Shown here: in pieces, positions 1 through 13,278 of the stretch
Layout: the number at the start of each line of letters is the position of its first letter
How positions within the stretch are numbered: the first letter of the stretch is position 1
Assembly: GCA_976551045.1 (NCBI GenBank)
Contig: CDPCPM010000180.1
Location: 33,666,001-33,730,000 of the forward strand
DNA from: Glaucostegus cemiculus
Taxonomy: Eukaryota
DNA length: 64,000 nt
Direction: 5' to 3'
The notes under the pieces: model-generated
Told to the model about the DNA's origin: nothing
Seen by the model: only the letters and a program-made list of their open reading frames with translations
Databases searched by the model: none
Position numbers and translations under genes: made by a program

Positions 1-757
1 CAGAGAAAAAAATTGCATAGCCTCTGCCTTAAATGGATGCCCCTTGTTTTTATACAGTTCTAGATTTATTTGAGATTTAGGATATGGACATCCATGTAGG
101 CAGAAGGGATTAGTTTAGTTGGGCATTTTATTACTAATGTAATTGCTTCGGCACAACATCATGGCCCAAAGGACCTATTCCTGTGCTATACTGTTCTATG
201 TTCTATTATCTGTGGTTTTAAACTGATTCCACTACTGCAGCCAGCAATCCATGATAGATATTGATTACTTTTCTGAAGAGTTTGCCAACATTAGTCCCAA
301 ATTTGCCTTTCATTTGTTTGAACCTGTAGTCCCTAATTTTACTGGCACAGTTAACAAACCACTTGAAACAGTTGTTATGATTATCATTCAAGAATTGGTT
401 GAAAAAATGTTATAATTCTTTATATTTTTAATAAAATGTTAAGATTTAACTAAGTAAGTATTGTAACAATGTAATAGTTAAATGTTAAATCCTGGCTGTA
501 GGATCAGGGAAGGATGGCAAAAATAAAATATTTATGAACAATTACATCTGTTTATCATTATTGCAAATTAATGTTTGGTTACTGAATATTCATACATCAC
601 ATCTGTATGGTGAGGGTGGCAGCAAAAGTTCAGGGTGTAACCTGAAACAGCTACAGAAAACTGAATATTTATCATCATTGAAATGTCTAAAACATGTAGT
701 AATTTATCTGTTTTGGACATTCCTTTGAATTACATCTCTCTCTGCTCATCACTCCAG

Positions 758-887
758 GCTGCCATGAAAGTCATGAAGTTCAGAACTGAGGAGATTCGGG
801 AAGTCCTGAAGCTCCTTGCTGGTGTCCTACATCTCGGCAATATTGAATTTGTAATTGCTGGAGGAGCACAAGTTTCCTCAAAAACAG
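758..887 (+). CDS. MYO10: MYO10 exon (motor): AAMKVMKFRTEEIREVLKLLAGVLHLGNIEFVIAGGAQVSSKT
   Basis: ctccag acceptor, G|gtaaat donor; myosin LHLGNIEF motif; 130 nt, phase 0 to 1. Confidence 0.95.
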
Positions 888-1005
888 GTAAATTTTAATG
901 GGTAACCAGATTTCTACCACAGCTGGTTCACTGTGGTGATGGTGTTGCAAATATTTCAGGTGGCCTATAAAATCTTATGGGTACATTTAATTTTGTATTA
1001 CAGTA

Positions 1006-1220
1006 TAGGTCCTCCCCAGGTTATGTCAGGGTTCCGTTCCTGAGAACTGATCGTAACCTGTCACAAGTCAGAAATGTGGCCATGAATTGCTTTCCCACAC
1101 GGTAGAAGATGCCTGTAGCCCGGAGCAGCCAGCAAATCCATCCCCCCCCGGTCTCACAAATGCTCATTCATATGTACGGGCTGTACATAAGTCAGGCATA
1201 TGTAACCTGTGGAGGGCCAG
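1006..1220. mobile_element. Tc1/mariner (Tigger/pogo-like) MITE
   Basis: Imperfect TIRs TAGGTCCTCCCCAGGTTAT / GTAACCTGTGGAGGGCCAG flanked by TA on both sides; a related right end lies at about 36765-36827. Confidence 0.7.
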
Positions 1221-1751
1221 TATGGGAATTTTGCTGATACATAGACATATCTTCTGGAATGGCTGTCTAGCAATTCTCCCTCATGTAGAGGATTGATACG
1301 TGATAAGGAGGCTGTTAATATTTTGGATAAATCTTGCCAAAGTTTGTTGATAAATAAAGCCACTTACCCTATAAGTGCTATGAAGTTTTGGACTTTTGTG
1401 TTTAGATACGTGTAAACCAAAGCCCCAGACTCGGTGACAGGTTGCAGCTGGTGAATCTGTTGATTCACTCTGCCACTGAGTCCAGTAATTGAAATATAGA
1501 CTCACTGATGTTCCCCTGCACTTAGACCAGGGGATCTCATACATTTCAATGGATATTTTAAACTGAGAATAATAAGTAAGTTACAATACTTGCATATCTG
1601 TGGTTGCAGCAATGTTTTAAATATACTTTATTTACGTTTTATACAAATTTTATTAAATGTTTTTAGTTTTGTGGATGCTGCTGAGTGTTAGGGACATTGA
1701 AACATTTCAAAAGCCTGAGAGCTTTGGTAACAACACAGCCCAGGGGCCCAC

Positions 1752-2036
1752 CAGGGGCAAGATGGTGCCGGAGCCTGGTGACACATTGCAAGCTGCTCTC
1801 TACAGATCTATTCATTACTATTACTATGATCATTCTACACTTTTAAATTTAAACTCTATGTCACCTGTGACACTTTACTCTGTACTGTTACTGTTTTTAC
1901 TGTACTACATCAATGTACTTTATACTAACAATGTAACTGCACTGTGTAATGAATTGACCTGTACGATCGGTTTGTAAGACTAGCTTTTCAGTGTACCTCA
2001 GTACAAGTGACAATAATAAACCAATACCAATACCAA
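1752..2036 (+). mobile_element. Short non-autonomous retroposon with Rex1-like LINE 3' tail
   Basis: Head GGGGCAAGATGGTGCC, tail ...GTGACAATAATAAA(CCAATA)n; a related copy on the minus strand at about 42403-42577. Confidence 0.6.
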
Positions 2037-2623
2037 CCCACTCAGGTGACCTGATTACATCATGAGAGCCCCTGGTGCCACACTGGGCCTGCTTGATTGT
2101 GTCCAGGATACTCGCAGCCAGCAGGTTTGGTCTTAAAGATCCACAGCAGGGCAGTGGGGAATCCGGCACTGAGTGTGGGTCATGGGTACCACTCTGCATT
2201 ATTCAGGCCAAGAGGCCTGCTTAAAGGATATTGGGTTAGTGCATGGAGGTAGCTCCTACGATCAGCCACAATTTTATCAAATACTTCTATTTCTTAAGTT
2301 CCACGTCTAAGATTGCCAAATTAATTATTACATGGAGACACAAGAGACTGCAGATGCTGGAATCTGGAGCAAAATCTACTGGAGGGATTCAGCTGGTCAG
2401 GCGACATCTGTGGAGGGAAATGGACAGAGGAAGGGTCTCAACCTGAAGCACCGACTATCCAATTCCACCCCCTCCCCACCGTAAATGATGCCTGACCTAC
2501 TGAGCTCCTCCAGCAGCTTGTTTTTTGCTAATTATTACATGGAGTGACTTTATACTCTGCTCAGTTATAAATCAAGCAAAATGTATGACCCAATCTGTTC
2601 CGCTCTCAATTCTCTTTTATTAG

Positions 2624-2742
2624 CACTGGGGAGCGCAGCAGAGCTGCTCGGTTTGGACTCCCTGCAGCTAGCAGAGGTGTTAACTCATCGATCCATGATT
2701 CTCAGGGGTGAGGAGATCAGCACGCCACTGACAGTGGAGCAG
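2624..2742 (+). CDS. MYO10: MYO10 exon (motor): LGSAAELLGLDSLQLAEVLTHRSMILRGEEISTPLTVEQ
   Basis: ttttattag acceptor, CAG|gtagga donor; 119 nt. Confidence 0.95.
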
Positions 2743-3189
2743 GTAGGAACGGGACAGTGTTGAAGTATTGTCCAGGAGTTGTCACAGTAATTGGGTCTGA
2801 ATTGTAACTCACAGGCATGGACGCCAACCATGCAAAGAGACGAGTGATGTTAGCTGTAAATCCTCAAAATGGTTGGAAAACAACAACTGCTTTAAAGCCC
2901 CATAACTGGGAGGACGTTTTTGTTGATGGAGTAATCCCAGTTCACACATGAGAATCCTCCATCAATTTATTGCATTGGAGGGAATCTTTGAGAACAGCAT
3001 TTACAATTTAAAATTTGAAATGCAAACTAAAATCAAAAGCAAAAAAATTGGAGATGCTGAAAATCTGCAGTTAAAACAGGGAATGTTGGAAATACCAAGC
3101 AGGTTAGGCAGCATCCATGGAGAGAGGAACGGTGTGAAGTGTTTTGGGTTGCAGAAGTTTCATCAGTTAGGGTTTGAAACAGTAACTTT

Positions 3190-3595
3190 TAGAAGACAGC
3201 ATCTATCTTCAAAGATCCCCACCATCTGGGCCATGCCATCTTCTCGCAGCTACCATTGGGCAGGAGGTACAGAAGACTGAAGTCCCACACCACCAGGTTC
3301 AAGAACAGCTCCTTCCCTTCAACCATTTGTTTCTTAAACCAACTGGCACAACCCTAATCACTACCTCAACATAGCAACACTTTGCACTACAAAGGACTTA
3401 GTTTTTTTTGTTCTAACTGTGTTCATTTTTGCATAATTTTGTATATTTTTAATTTATGTTTTTCTTGTGGACGTTGTGTCTCTAATTCCATGTGCCTATG
3501 ATGCTGCCGCAAGTACGTTTTTCATTGTACTTGTGCATACATGTACTTGTGCATACATGTACTTGTGCATATGACAATAAACTCGACTTGATTTT
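3190..3595 (+). mobile_element. Rex1-like LINE 3' end
   Basis: CCATCTTCTCGCAGCTACCATTGGGCAGGAGGTACAGAAG (C-terminal LPSGRRY-like coding end) followed by a 3' UTR and AATAAA tail; a related minus-strand tail lies at about 21700-22175. Confidence 0.6.
3526..3571. repeat. 16-bp tandem repeat TGTACTTGTGCATACA x about 2.9
   Basis: Read directly; lies inside a LINE 3' UTR. Confidence 0.85.
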
Positions 3596-4996
3596 AGTAG
3601 GTAACCAAAGTAAGCAGTAGTCAAGAAAGTAAGAGGCATCCCAGCAATAAATTCTTACCATTAAACTACAAAATACATTTGCTATTTAAAGGAAAAACAC
3701 CAAAAAAGCAAATTTTAATATTAGGATGATATTTATGGCAAAGATTTATCACTAACTTACAAAAACAATTAGCCCCATTAATGTTGCCATTTAACTTTCT
3801 GGTTAAGTCTAATGCATCCACAAGACTGTTTTAAAATGGTCTTAATCTGTGTGGAATTGCTTTTTGTTCAGGGTGGGTGGTGCTTTACCTTGTAGGTTAT
3901 TGCCATTATGTATTTGTTGCAACAATTTGTAACATGATTGAAAACACCAAGTCCAGCACCTGCAGTTTGTACAGAAAAGTGAGCCCGATTACAGTCACCC
4001 TGACAAACTGGAAAAACTGCTTCCATCCAACTGCATTTACATTTAGTCTAAAGAAAAGGCTTTTTTTTATTATGGACTTTAGTTTTTTTAACTTGATCAT
4101 TTGTAAAAATGGAGAGAATGGATTTTGTGTGGATGTAGCATGAGAATTATCAGAGACATTCCCCAATTATTCCCCAATAATAAATTATTCAGCATGTGGT
4201 TGAGGAAGAGGAGAAGTTAATCAGGTAGTGTGCAATTTTTAAAAAACTAAGTGTCAATCTCTATGAATGCTGATCTAAGTAGGTACATCAGAGAGTAGAG
4301 CTTACAGCTGCTATGACAAATGTAGCCTTAGATAATCTATCAGAATGAAATACTTTTGACATGGAGTTAAATCTTAAACCTTTCCTACTTCTGTAATTAG
4401 CCCAACAACTTTCATTTGGTATTCGTCAATCACAATGATCATTGCTCTGCTTTTATTATCAGTATAGGACCTGGTACCTAGAAAGTGGTCAGTGTGCTGT
4501 TGGATTTGTCCATTTATTGCTGTGGAAAACGTTGTTTAGTTTGGTAAATTATGTCAATGTGTTATGTTCATTGAGTTCAGGTGAAGGGTCGTGATCATTT
4601 CCCTCTACAGATGCTACTTGACTCACTGAGTTCCTCCAGGAACTTGTTCTTTGTTTTCAATACATAATCCTGGAGCTGAAAGATGGGTCGGAGATGGAAT
4701 ATTGTACTGAGTTTAAGGGCATGTTTTGTGCATTTGTACATACATGCAGAAATTTGCATTAAAGGTGCAAATAAACCCTAAAACATTTTGATGAGATTTA
4801 ATTAAACAATACAAAAACCAAATGCAGCCTGCCGGGAATCAGAAACAGAAAGAGAAAATGCTGGAAATACTCAGCTTGTCAGGCAGCATATGTGGAGATA
4901 GAAACAAACTGTGTGTTTGATGACCTCTGATGGGATTTAAATCTGAGCTGCAGGAGGCAGTAAAATGGAATTTAAATATTGTTGCCCACGTTGCAG

Positions 4997-5143
4997 GCAG
5001 TGGATTCTAGGGATTCTATGGCCATGGCACTTTACTCCCAATGTTTTACATGGATCATCAGGAAGATCAACAGCAGAGTAAAAGGAAAGGAGGACTACAA
5101 ATCAGTGGGAATCCTTGACATATTTGGATTTGAAAACTTTGAG
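4997..5143 (+). CDS. MYO10: MYO10 exon (motor, switch II): AVDSRDSMAMALYSQCFTWIIRKINSRVKGKEDYKSVGILDIFGFENFE
   Basis: ttgcag acceptor, GAG|gtatag donor; DIFGFE motif; 147 nt; absent from the ORF track, translated by hand. Confidence 0.96.
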
Positions 5144-5316
5144 GTATAGTAATTAGAAAATGTATTTTTATTCACAATATCGTTACAAAAACAATTCTTT
5201 CGCTGCTACTTTTTCTTTTTTCCCCCCTCTTTCTGGCCTGTCTTTCCACTCACTTCTCTATCTCTGTTGCACTCTTTCTCTCTTTAATTTGCATTTGATT
5301 GTGTCTTTCTCAACAG

Positions 5317-5417
5317 ATAAATCGGTTTGAGCAATTCAATATCAATTATGCAAATGAAAAACTTCAAGAGTACTTTAACAAGCACATATTTTCCTTGGAA
5401 CAGTTGGAATACAGCAG
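5317..5417 (+). CDS. MYO10: MYO10 exon (relay helix): [34 protein letters not shown]
   Basis: caacag acceptor, AG|gtaaag donor; 101 nt. Confidence 0.96.
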
Positions 5418-6138
5418 GTAAAGAATTCACATTGGTTACGCTTCAAAAATAAATAATTTAGGTCAAAGAAAGGTTTAGACAAGGCTTCTGCTTCACTCAG
5501 CATCAATCAGCAGTCACCTGAGCTGAACTGCCAATTTTAAAATTACTTTGCATCCTTATAAAAATTGAAGTATATGTTAAATCAAAAACCTGCAGATGCT
5601 GGAAATCTGAAATAAAAATAGAAGATGCTAGAAATTCTTATCAGGCAGCATCTGTGCAAAGAGAAACACAATTAATGTTTCAAGTCAAAGAAAGATCCTT
5701 CATTTGACAATAGGTCTTTGACCTGAAATATTCAGTTTCTCTTTCTACAAAGTTGAAGTCTATCTGGGTTTCGGAATAATATCAGTGGCAAAGGGAAGTT
5801 TGATTCTGTGACCCATCCCATTATTTTACTTATTTCAGGGTGGCATTAGTCATTTTTGCTGATGCATTCTGAACCCGTTATTGTTTACATTAATTTTCAG
5901 TCTATATCTGACAGGTTTCAAATTAAGAACCATCAGGTTAACTAAAGATACCCCTAGTGGTTAGAAAGGAAATACACAAAATCTAGTTAATTGATAATAC
6001 CATTTGGCAATATATGTAGCAGCCAATGGCAGCCTTTAATAAACTTTGGAGCTTGCGTGATGATTTCAGCTCTATTCGGAAACTAGAGAACTTGGGCAAA
6101 TCTGCTTAGTTCATTGATCAAGGTTTCTTTTTCATCAG

Positions 6139-6205
6139 AGATGGATTGATCTGGGAAAACATAGATTGGATTGATAACGGGGAGTGCCTGGATCTCATTG
6201 AAAAG
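6139..6205 (+). CDS. MYO10: MYO10 exon: DGLIWENIDWIDNGECLDLIEK
   Basis: ttcatcag acceptor, AAG|gtaatg donor; 67 nt. Confidence 0.95.
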
Positions 6206-8374
6206 GTAATGTCTACTTTAAATGATATAGTCGTAAATGAATTCTAAGCAACTCTGTGTGACCTTGGTCCTGTCGTGGAACTTCACTGGATGGGAGTATG
6301 GGTTACATGTAGAATTGTAAATCAATTAAGCTGAAACTTGCTGCACAGTTCCCTGCCAAAGTAACTGTGATTTCTCCACATGAGGATATCCAGAACTCAA
6401 GCACTAACAAGGATTTCCTGAATTTGCTGACTGCTCTCTGCTGAGACTTCCACTTGTGCTCCAGAGTTGGACACATGAAGTCTTGTGGCAGAGCAAGAAC
6501 TCAGGGCATTTCCTCAGCGGTCACCCAGGACTGTCTGCTCACTTAACCTGAACCAATTCAGACCTGCGGGTATGAACACAGCATCCATTCATCTAACAGG
6601 GGGAAGGATAATAATCCGGTCATTCACATTTATTTTAATTAATTTATTTAAATGGTTTTATGCACTTTTAAATGTTTACATTTTAAAATGTTTAACTTTC
6701 AGGTTTTCATTTACTAACTGATCTTTAATAATTTTTAAAGACTTGCCTGGTTTGACAGCCAGTATATTGACAGCAAGATGTCAAGAATACAGGAGATCTG
6801 AAATTAAGATAAATTCTCAGCATTATCTGTGCTGGATCGCTGCAGTCCTTCAGGTGAAGGTGTTTCAACAAGACATGTTGGGGAGGGAATTCCAGAATTT
6901 TATACTCAGTAATGATATAATTTCCAAGTTAGGGTAGTGTGCGACTTGGAAGGGAACCTGCAGGTGGTGGTGTCCCCATACACCTGCTGCCCTTGTTCTG
7001 CTTGGTGGATGGTGCTGTTGGAGGAGCCTAGGCAAGCAACTACAGTGCGATTTGCAGCCAGCCTCCCACTTGTATAGCACTCTGCTGCCACCTTTGAAAT
7101 AAAAACAGGATATGCTGGAAAATCTCAGCAGGTCAGGGAAACCAAGTTACCATTTCAGCTCAAGGATCCCTTGTCAGAGCCTGGATAAGCTTGACAGTTG
7201 CCAAAGCCTTTGATTGGGGCTTGTTCTGGCACTTCCAAGTGATAGTGTTACATTGCATAAGGGCCTTTGGGATTGCATGGTCATGTACCTGACTGCCCGT
7301 TGCAATCAACAGACCTAGGATAGGTGAGACCATACGGCACAAATGTCACCGGCAAGTGTGGAGGCTTCATCTTGGCATTAGGCTCTCTCCCATGAGTCAA
7401 ACCACTTAAGAAATGTTACTGCACTCTTCTACTGATACTGTTATGATTTGTAATTATTCCAATTTGTTTTAAACTGCATGCGACATTGAGGTTCGCAGTT
7501 TTGGAGTATTTGGTGGGGGGAGGGGTTGAGAAAGAAGAGGTAATTAATTTCAAGATTTTGCCAACAAATTCAATTGAATAATAAATTCAAAACTATTACA
7601 GGAATGAATTGTTTGCATCATGCATGTAATCCACTAATCCATAATTAAGTAGCATCTGGAGACTCTCAATTGATTGAATCAGAGCCAGATTGCCTGTAGA
7701 CTGTTCTACTCTCATGGCGTAGTCAGATTCTGACTTTGCAGTTCGTGTTTTGTGATATTGAAGTTCACTTGTGTCTTATCAGTGTGTGGGTGCTTTCTGA
7801 TCAGTGGTTCTTAACATAAGATTCAAAACAAAAGGTAATTCAGCCCCTCGAGCTCTGCTACAGTTTAGTAAGATCGTGACTGACCTGATTTTGGCCTTTG
7901 TTCCACTTTCTTGCCTTTCCCGCAGCCTCCAATTACTCTGCCACCACAGCTCTCTAGGACAGAGAATTTCACAGATTCACAATGCTCTGAAAATAAATTT
8001 CTCCTCCTCTCTGTCTTAAATGGAGAATCCCCTATTCTGAAACTATGCAGTTCTAGATTCCCTCCTGAGAGGACACATCCTCCCAATATCCACCAGGTCA
8101 AGCCCCTTCAGAATCTTTTATGTTTCAATAAGATCACTTCTCATTCTTCAAACTCCAGTGAGTATGGGTGCAACATGTTCAATAATCTGGGAATCAACCC
8201 AGTGAACCTTGTCTGAACTTCCTCCCACACAAGCATAACTCTCCTTAAAAGAACAAAACATGACTTAGTACTTTACAGTTGTACACTCCTTTTACACTCT
8301 TTGTAGTAAAAGCCAACATTCTATTTGCCTTAATTAATCGCTGTACCCACATGTGGTCTTTCATTAATAAAAAC

Positions 8375-9130
8375 ACGATGCTGGAAACAAATCAGTAGAC
8401 CAGGCAGCATCTCTGAAAAGGGAAACACAATGTTTCAAGTCGAAAACTTTTCATCGGAGGTGAGAAGGTAAGTTAGTTTTAAGCTGCAGAGGCTGTGGGA
8501 GGACTGGGCTAAGGCAAAGGAAATATCTCTGATAGGGTGAGGCCAGAGTTAACCAGTTCTGATACAAATATAAAAGCAGGTTATCCCAAATTGTGGAACT
8601 TGTTATCGAGTCTGGAAGGCTACAATGTACCCAGACAGAAGATGAGGTGTTGTTTCTCAAGTTTACATTGGGTCCCGGTACAAGAGTACAGAAGGCCACA
8701 ACAGAGGGGTCAGTGGGATGGGCAATTAAAATGATAGGTGAACTGAAAGCTCAGGCCACCATTAATCGTCTTAGTTAAGGAAGGTTATGCTTGTGTGGCA
8801 TGAAGTTCAGACAAGGTTCTCCAGGTTGGACTGAACAGAGTCACTCTGCAATGTGGTCACACAATCTGTGTTTGGTTTCTCCATTGCAGAGAAGACCACA
8901 CTGTAAACACTGAATGCAGTAGACTAGATTGGAAGATGTGCAAATGAATCAGTCCTTTTGGAAGGACTGTTGGATCACTGGATGGTGGGAAGGAAAGAGG
9001 TAAAAGGTCAGATGTTAATTCTCCTGCATCTGCATTGGAAAGTACCATGAAAAGGGGAGAGGTTGATGGAGGTGGAAGAGCCAGGGAATCACAGGGGGAA
9101 TGGCCCCTACTCAATGTTGAAAGGGGGCTC
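8375..9130 (-). mobile_element. Decayed Penelope-like element 3' part (GIY-YIG remnant and UTR)
   Basis: Similar to the reverse complement of 30950-31650; related decayed copies at about 20130-20700, 27070-27900 and 50780-51570. Confidence 0.6.
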
Positions 9131-10170
9131 AATATCAAATAAAAAATTTTAGAAAATTTGCTTTTCCTTTATTTAATCAGAATGGGTCAATTCTGCTGTA
9201 GGCTATCCATTTGTAATACCAAATCAGTGTTTCTCTCTTCCCCGACACTGTCCGATCTGCTGGGTATTTCCACCACTCTCCTTTTGGTTTCAGATTTCAG
9301 CAACAACTCTGACCTGAATGTAACTGCTTTACATATCCCTTTGTTCCCTCTCCCTCTCCCTCTCTCTCCCCTTCTCTCTCTTTCCTTAATCCCTTGATCC
9401 GTTAACATGAATGCTCTTTACATATTGAGATCGCCTGGGCAATCCTGTTGCCTCACTTTTCCAATTTTATGTAGGGTCTTCAACCTGAGACATTAACTCT
9501 GTTTGTTTCTCTCCACAGATGCTACCTGACCTGCTGAGTGTTTCCAGCACGTTCTGTTTTTATTTCAGATTCTCAGCATCTGCAATTTTTTTGACTTACT
9601 GTTACTAATAACTTAGTGTCCCATTTGCAAGGACACCCAGATCCCTCTATCAGAATCAGATTTATTACCACTGACTTAGATGACGTGAAATTTGTTGCTT
9701 TGATGCAGCAGTACAGTACAGAGACATTGTACCACAGTATTTAACTAATTACAATTAAATAATATTTTGCATTTATGTTTTTCCAACCAAAGTCAATCAC
9801 CCCACATTTGTTGCCATTACACTTCAGCAGACACTTATTTCCCCCCACCCACCGCCCCATTTGCAGATTCTATGCATCCTCCTCACAACTTGCTGTCCTG
9901 CCCAAGTTTGTCTCAGCAGTAGATCTGGCTACAAAGCATTTGCTTCCTTCATCTATGTCATTAATATAGACTGCAAACAGTTAAGGCCCCACTGATCTCT
10001 GTGGCACCACAGTTGTTAGTGCTTTAAAGTTGACAATATTTCAGAACAGCTCAGAAGGCTACACATGCGTACAACAGACTCTTACTTGCCAGAGGAAGCT
10101 ATCAGAAACTTAGAAATTCAGCCTACCATTATATATCCATTTATTTCCATGTTTGGAATATTCTGGGCTT

Positions 10171-10307
10171 TTAGAACATAGAACAATACAGCACAGAACA
10201 GGCCCTTCGGCCCATCAAGCTGTGCCCTCGTACAAACATCTCCCAAACTAACTCTTTCCACCCTCATATCCTACTATTCCACATTCTTCCATGTGCTTAT
10301 CTAACAA
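10171..10307 (-). mobile_element. Very short young CR1 3' fragment
   Basis: About 130 bp matching the 3' end of the 17638-19106 element with only about 3 mismatches. Confidence 0.85.
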
Positions 10308-10317
10308 ATTTCCTGGC

Positions 10318-10366
10318 ACTTAAACACCGGTGCATTTGGGGAATCCAAACGCACCGGTGTCTAAGT
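10318..10366. repeat. Inverted repeat, 22-bp arms, 5-nt loop, 2 mismatches
   Basis: ACTTAAACACCGGTGCATTTGG-GGAAT-CCAAACGCACCGGTGTCTAAGT. Confidence 0.9.
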
Positions 10367-10680
10367 TTTTTCCCTTGTGATTGGGTGAAATCCTCATGCT
10401 TATCCCCAGAGGTTGGGAAGGAAAGGAAGTTTAAAATAAAATAAAAATACTGTTTGTTCTAACAAATACTGTTTGGAAATAAAGCTGCTGAAAATAGAAG
10501 CAACCCTTCCATAAATAAAGCTTAATTTTTGTGTGTTGCTCTTCTGCTGGAATGACTTGTCAAGGACGATAGCTGCCTGACTCTTTAATAGCTTAATGTG
10601 TACAATCCAGAAGGTAACTGTTTGGTATGGCATCATGTTAAATTGCTTGAATGTCTTAACTTTAATACTTTTTTTTTCAG

Positions 10681-10773
10681 AAAATGGGCATTCTGGCCCT
10701 TATTAATGAGGAGAGCCATTTTCCAAAGGGCACTGATAGTACACTGCTGGAAAAGTTACACAGTCAGCATTCG
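10681..10773 (+). CDS. MYO10: MYO10 exon: [31 protein letters not shown]
   Basis: poly-T cag acceptor, TCG|gtaagt donor; 93 nt. Confidence 0.96.
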
Positions 10774-11489
10774 GTAAGTGTTGTGGGCAGTTTTCTGTTG
10801 TCAGTGAGTTCCTTGATGTTGAACGTATTAATAAGCTTGCTTAGAGCAAAATCCAGACAGCACTGTCTGTAGCAGCCTTGTTGCTATTGGTTTTGAGTGA
10901 GTTAATTTTTCCCTAGCCAACCCTCCCTTCCTCCAACCAGTCCTTCCTTCCTTCCACCATGCACCATGCCACGGTCCATCATTTGGACTGGTTTCTAACA
11001 TCATGCCAGTATGAGTTTGAACTATGGAAAGTTCAGAGTTTTGGCATCTGCAGAAAGAGGGATCATGAGTTTTGCCTTGTGGTTCTGGTTGCCTTTGGGA
11101 ACCTTGACCTTGATAAGAAACTTGCTAGTTTCCACAATCAATAGGGAGAACAACACAATTTAAAAAAAACACTTCAAACTCGTGCCTTACTATTGTTTGG
11201 ATTATATCTGTCAGATGGTGGAGCTAAAATTTGTAAAATACTGATTCTACCATTGCAGGTAAATAGTGCAAAATAAGCCATTTAACTCTGCATTTGTTAA
11301 TTTATTTGTATATGTCCGTTGGCTTAGATGTGAACAACAGAAATAACAATTTATTTAAAGTAGTTGTTTAGAGTGTAGGATTTTAGTCTCGTCAGCTTGG
11401 TATGGGACTAAGCACAAATGAAACTGCTGACTTAATAGTTATAATCCATCCTAAATGTATTAACGATCTACATTATACCTCCTTCCCAG

Positions 11490-11558
11490 AGCAATCCATG
11501 TTATGTGAAGCCCAGAGTCATTGACCATTACTTTGGAGTGAAACACTACGCTGGAGAG
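11490..11558 (+). CDS. MYO10: MYO10 exon: SNPCYVKPRVIDHYFGVKHYAGE
   Basis: ttcccag acceptor, GAG|gtagat donor; HYAG motif; 69 nt. Confidence 0.95.
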
Positions 11559-11724
11559 GTAGATATTCTGTTTCTCATTCACTTTTCAGTGCTAACTCAA
11601 GCAACACTTTTTACTGTGACAGCTAATAATGCTGTGAAGGACTCTTCACAATTCTGTCGTCAGCACTTGTTGTATCAATGTGCCTCTTGTATTTAATTTA
11701 TAAATTTCTATTTTCCTTCCCAAG

Positions 11725-11807
11725 GTTTTATATCACGTGAAGGGGATTTTGGAGAAGAACAGAGATACCTTCAGGCATGATGTTCTCAACTTGTTACGCG
11801 ACAGCAG
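11725..11807 (+). CDS. MYO10: MYO10 exon: VLYHVKGILEKNRDTFRHDVLNLLRDSR
   Basis: ttcccaag acceptor, AG|gtacta donor; LEKNRD motif; 83 nt. Confidence 0.95.
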
Positions 11808-12829
11808 GTACTAACTTTGGATCAGATATATGTTGCAGTACTTTTACTTTTACATTGCCCAGAGCAAAGTTTGGGAGAGGTGGAATTCAACCCTAACTAT
11901 ATTTCACCTTTAACATAGAAGCAGGCTGTTCAGCCCTTTGTGCCTATGTCATCAATCCCAGTTCCCCACTAATTTTCCCTGCAACCTCTTCATTCCACAT
12001 TCTCATCACTTCCCCACAGATTCTACCACTCACCTACACGCTTGAGGCAACTTACAGTAGCCAGTTAACCTACAACCTAAACATCTTTGGGATGTGGGAG
12101 GAAACTGGAGCACCCAGAGGAAACCCATGCGAACACGGGGAGATTTTGCAAACTCAGTGCAGACAGCACCCAAGGTTAGGATCAAACCTGAGTCATACAG
12201 CATAGAAACAGGCCCTTCAGCCCAACTGGTCCATGCTGACCAAGGTTCCCATCTCAGCTAGTCTCATTTGCCCATATTTGGCCCATATCCCTCTAAACCC
12301 TTCCTATCCATGTGCCTGTCCAAATGTTAGTGTCTGAAATGTTAATGTACCTAGCTGGGTCACTGGAGCTTTGAAACAGCAGGTCTACCTGCTGCCCAAC
12401 TGTGCCACCCAATCAATTTTCTTTCTCCTCCACTCCTACATGTGCAGAATTCTAAAAACTGTTCCACAATGATAATAACTTGCCGCCTTGTTGTTCAGTA
12501 CCTTGGGTGTAGCTGAAGTTATTTCTCCTTGATGCTTGCTATCACTGAGAGAAGCTAAAAGTGACAAGGCAGCCTAACTCGAAGGGAGTGTGGAGGCCAG
12601 AGGGCCAGCATGAACTCAGCAGGGATCATCAGAACGCGCCTGGGAAGTACCAGCATCATCAAAGAAAGAGCCAGCTTGAAAATAGGGAAGAGCAAGAATG
12701 ACAGCCAGCATGACCAAACTGAGTGGAAAACGTTTCAAGGTTGAATTAGGAGGATTGGCACTTGAATGATGGTGGAGGAAGTGAGCCAGGTTGAACTGGA
12801 GAGAGCAGGGATGGTGGAGCGAGACAGAA

Positions 12830-13278
12830 TAGAGCAGTACAGCACAGGAACAGCCCCACCATGTCTGTGTTGAACACAATGCCAAATTAAACTAATCCCA
12901 TCTGCATCCACATGATCCATATCCCTCCATTCCCTGCATATTCATGTGCCTATCTATAAAGCCTCTCAGTCGACACTATCACATCTGCTTCCACCACCAT
13001 GTTCCAGGCAGCTACCACTCTCTGTGTAAAACAAAAATTTACCCCGCACATCCCCTTTTAAACTTTCTCCCTCTCACCTTAAAACTACGCTGTCTGGTAT
13101 TCAAAATTTCTACCCTGGGAAAAAGATTCTGACACTCTACCCTATCTATGCCTCTCATAATTTTCTGAACTTCTGGCAGGTCTCTCCTCATCCTCCGATG
13201 CTCAAGGGAAAACAATCCCAAGTTTTTCCAACCTCTCCTTATAGCTAATACCCTGTAATCCAGACAGCATCCTGGTAA
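12830..13278 (-). mobile_element. CR1 LINE 3' fragment
   Basis: LGLFSLEHRRMRRDLPEVQKIMRGIDRV C-terminal peptide plus CR1 tail. Confidence 0.8.
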
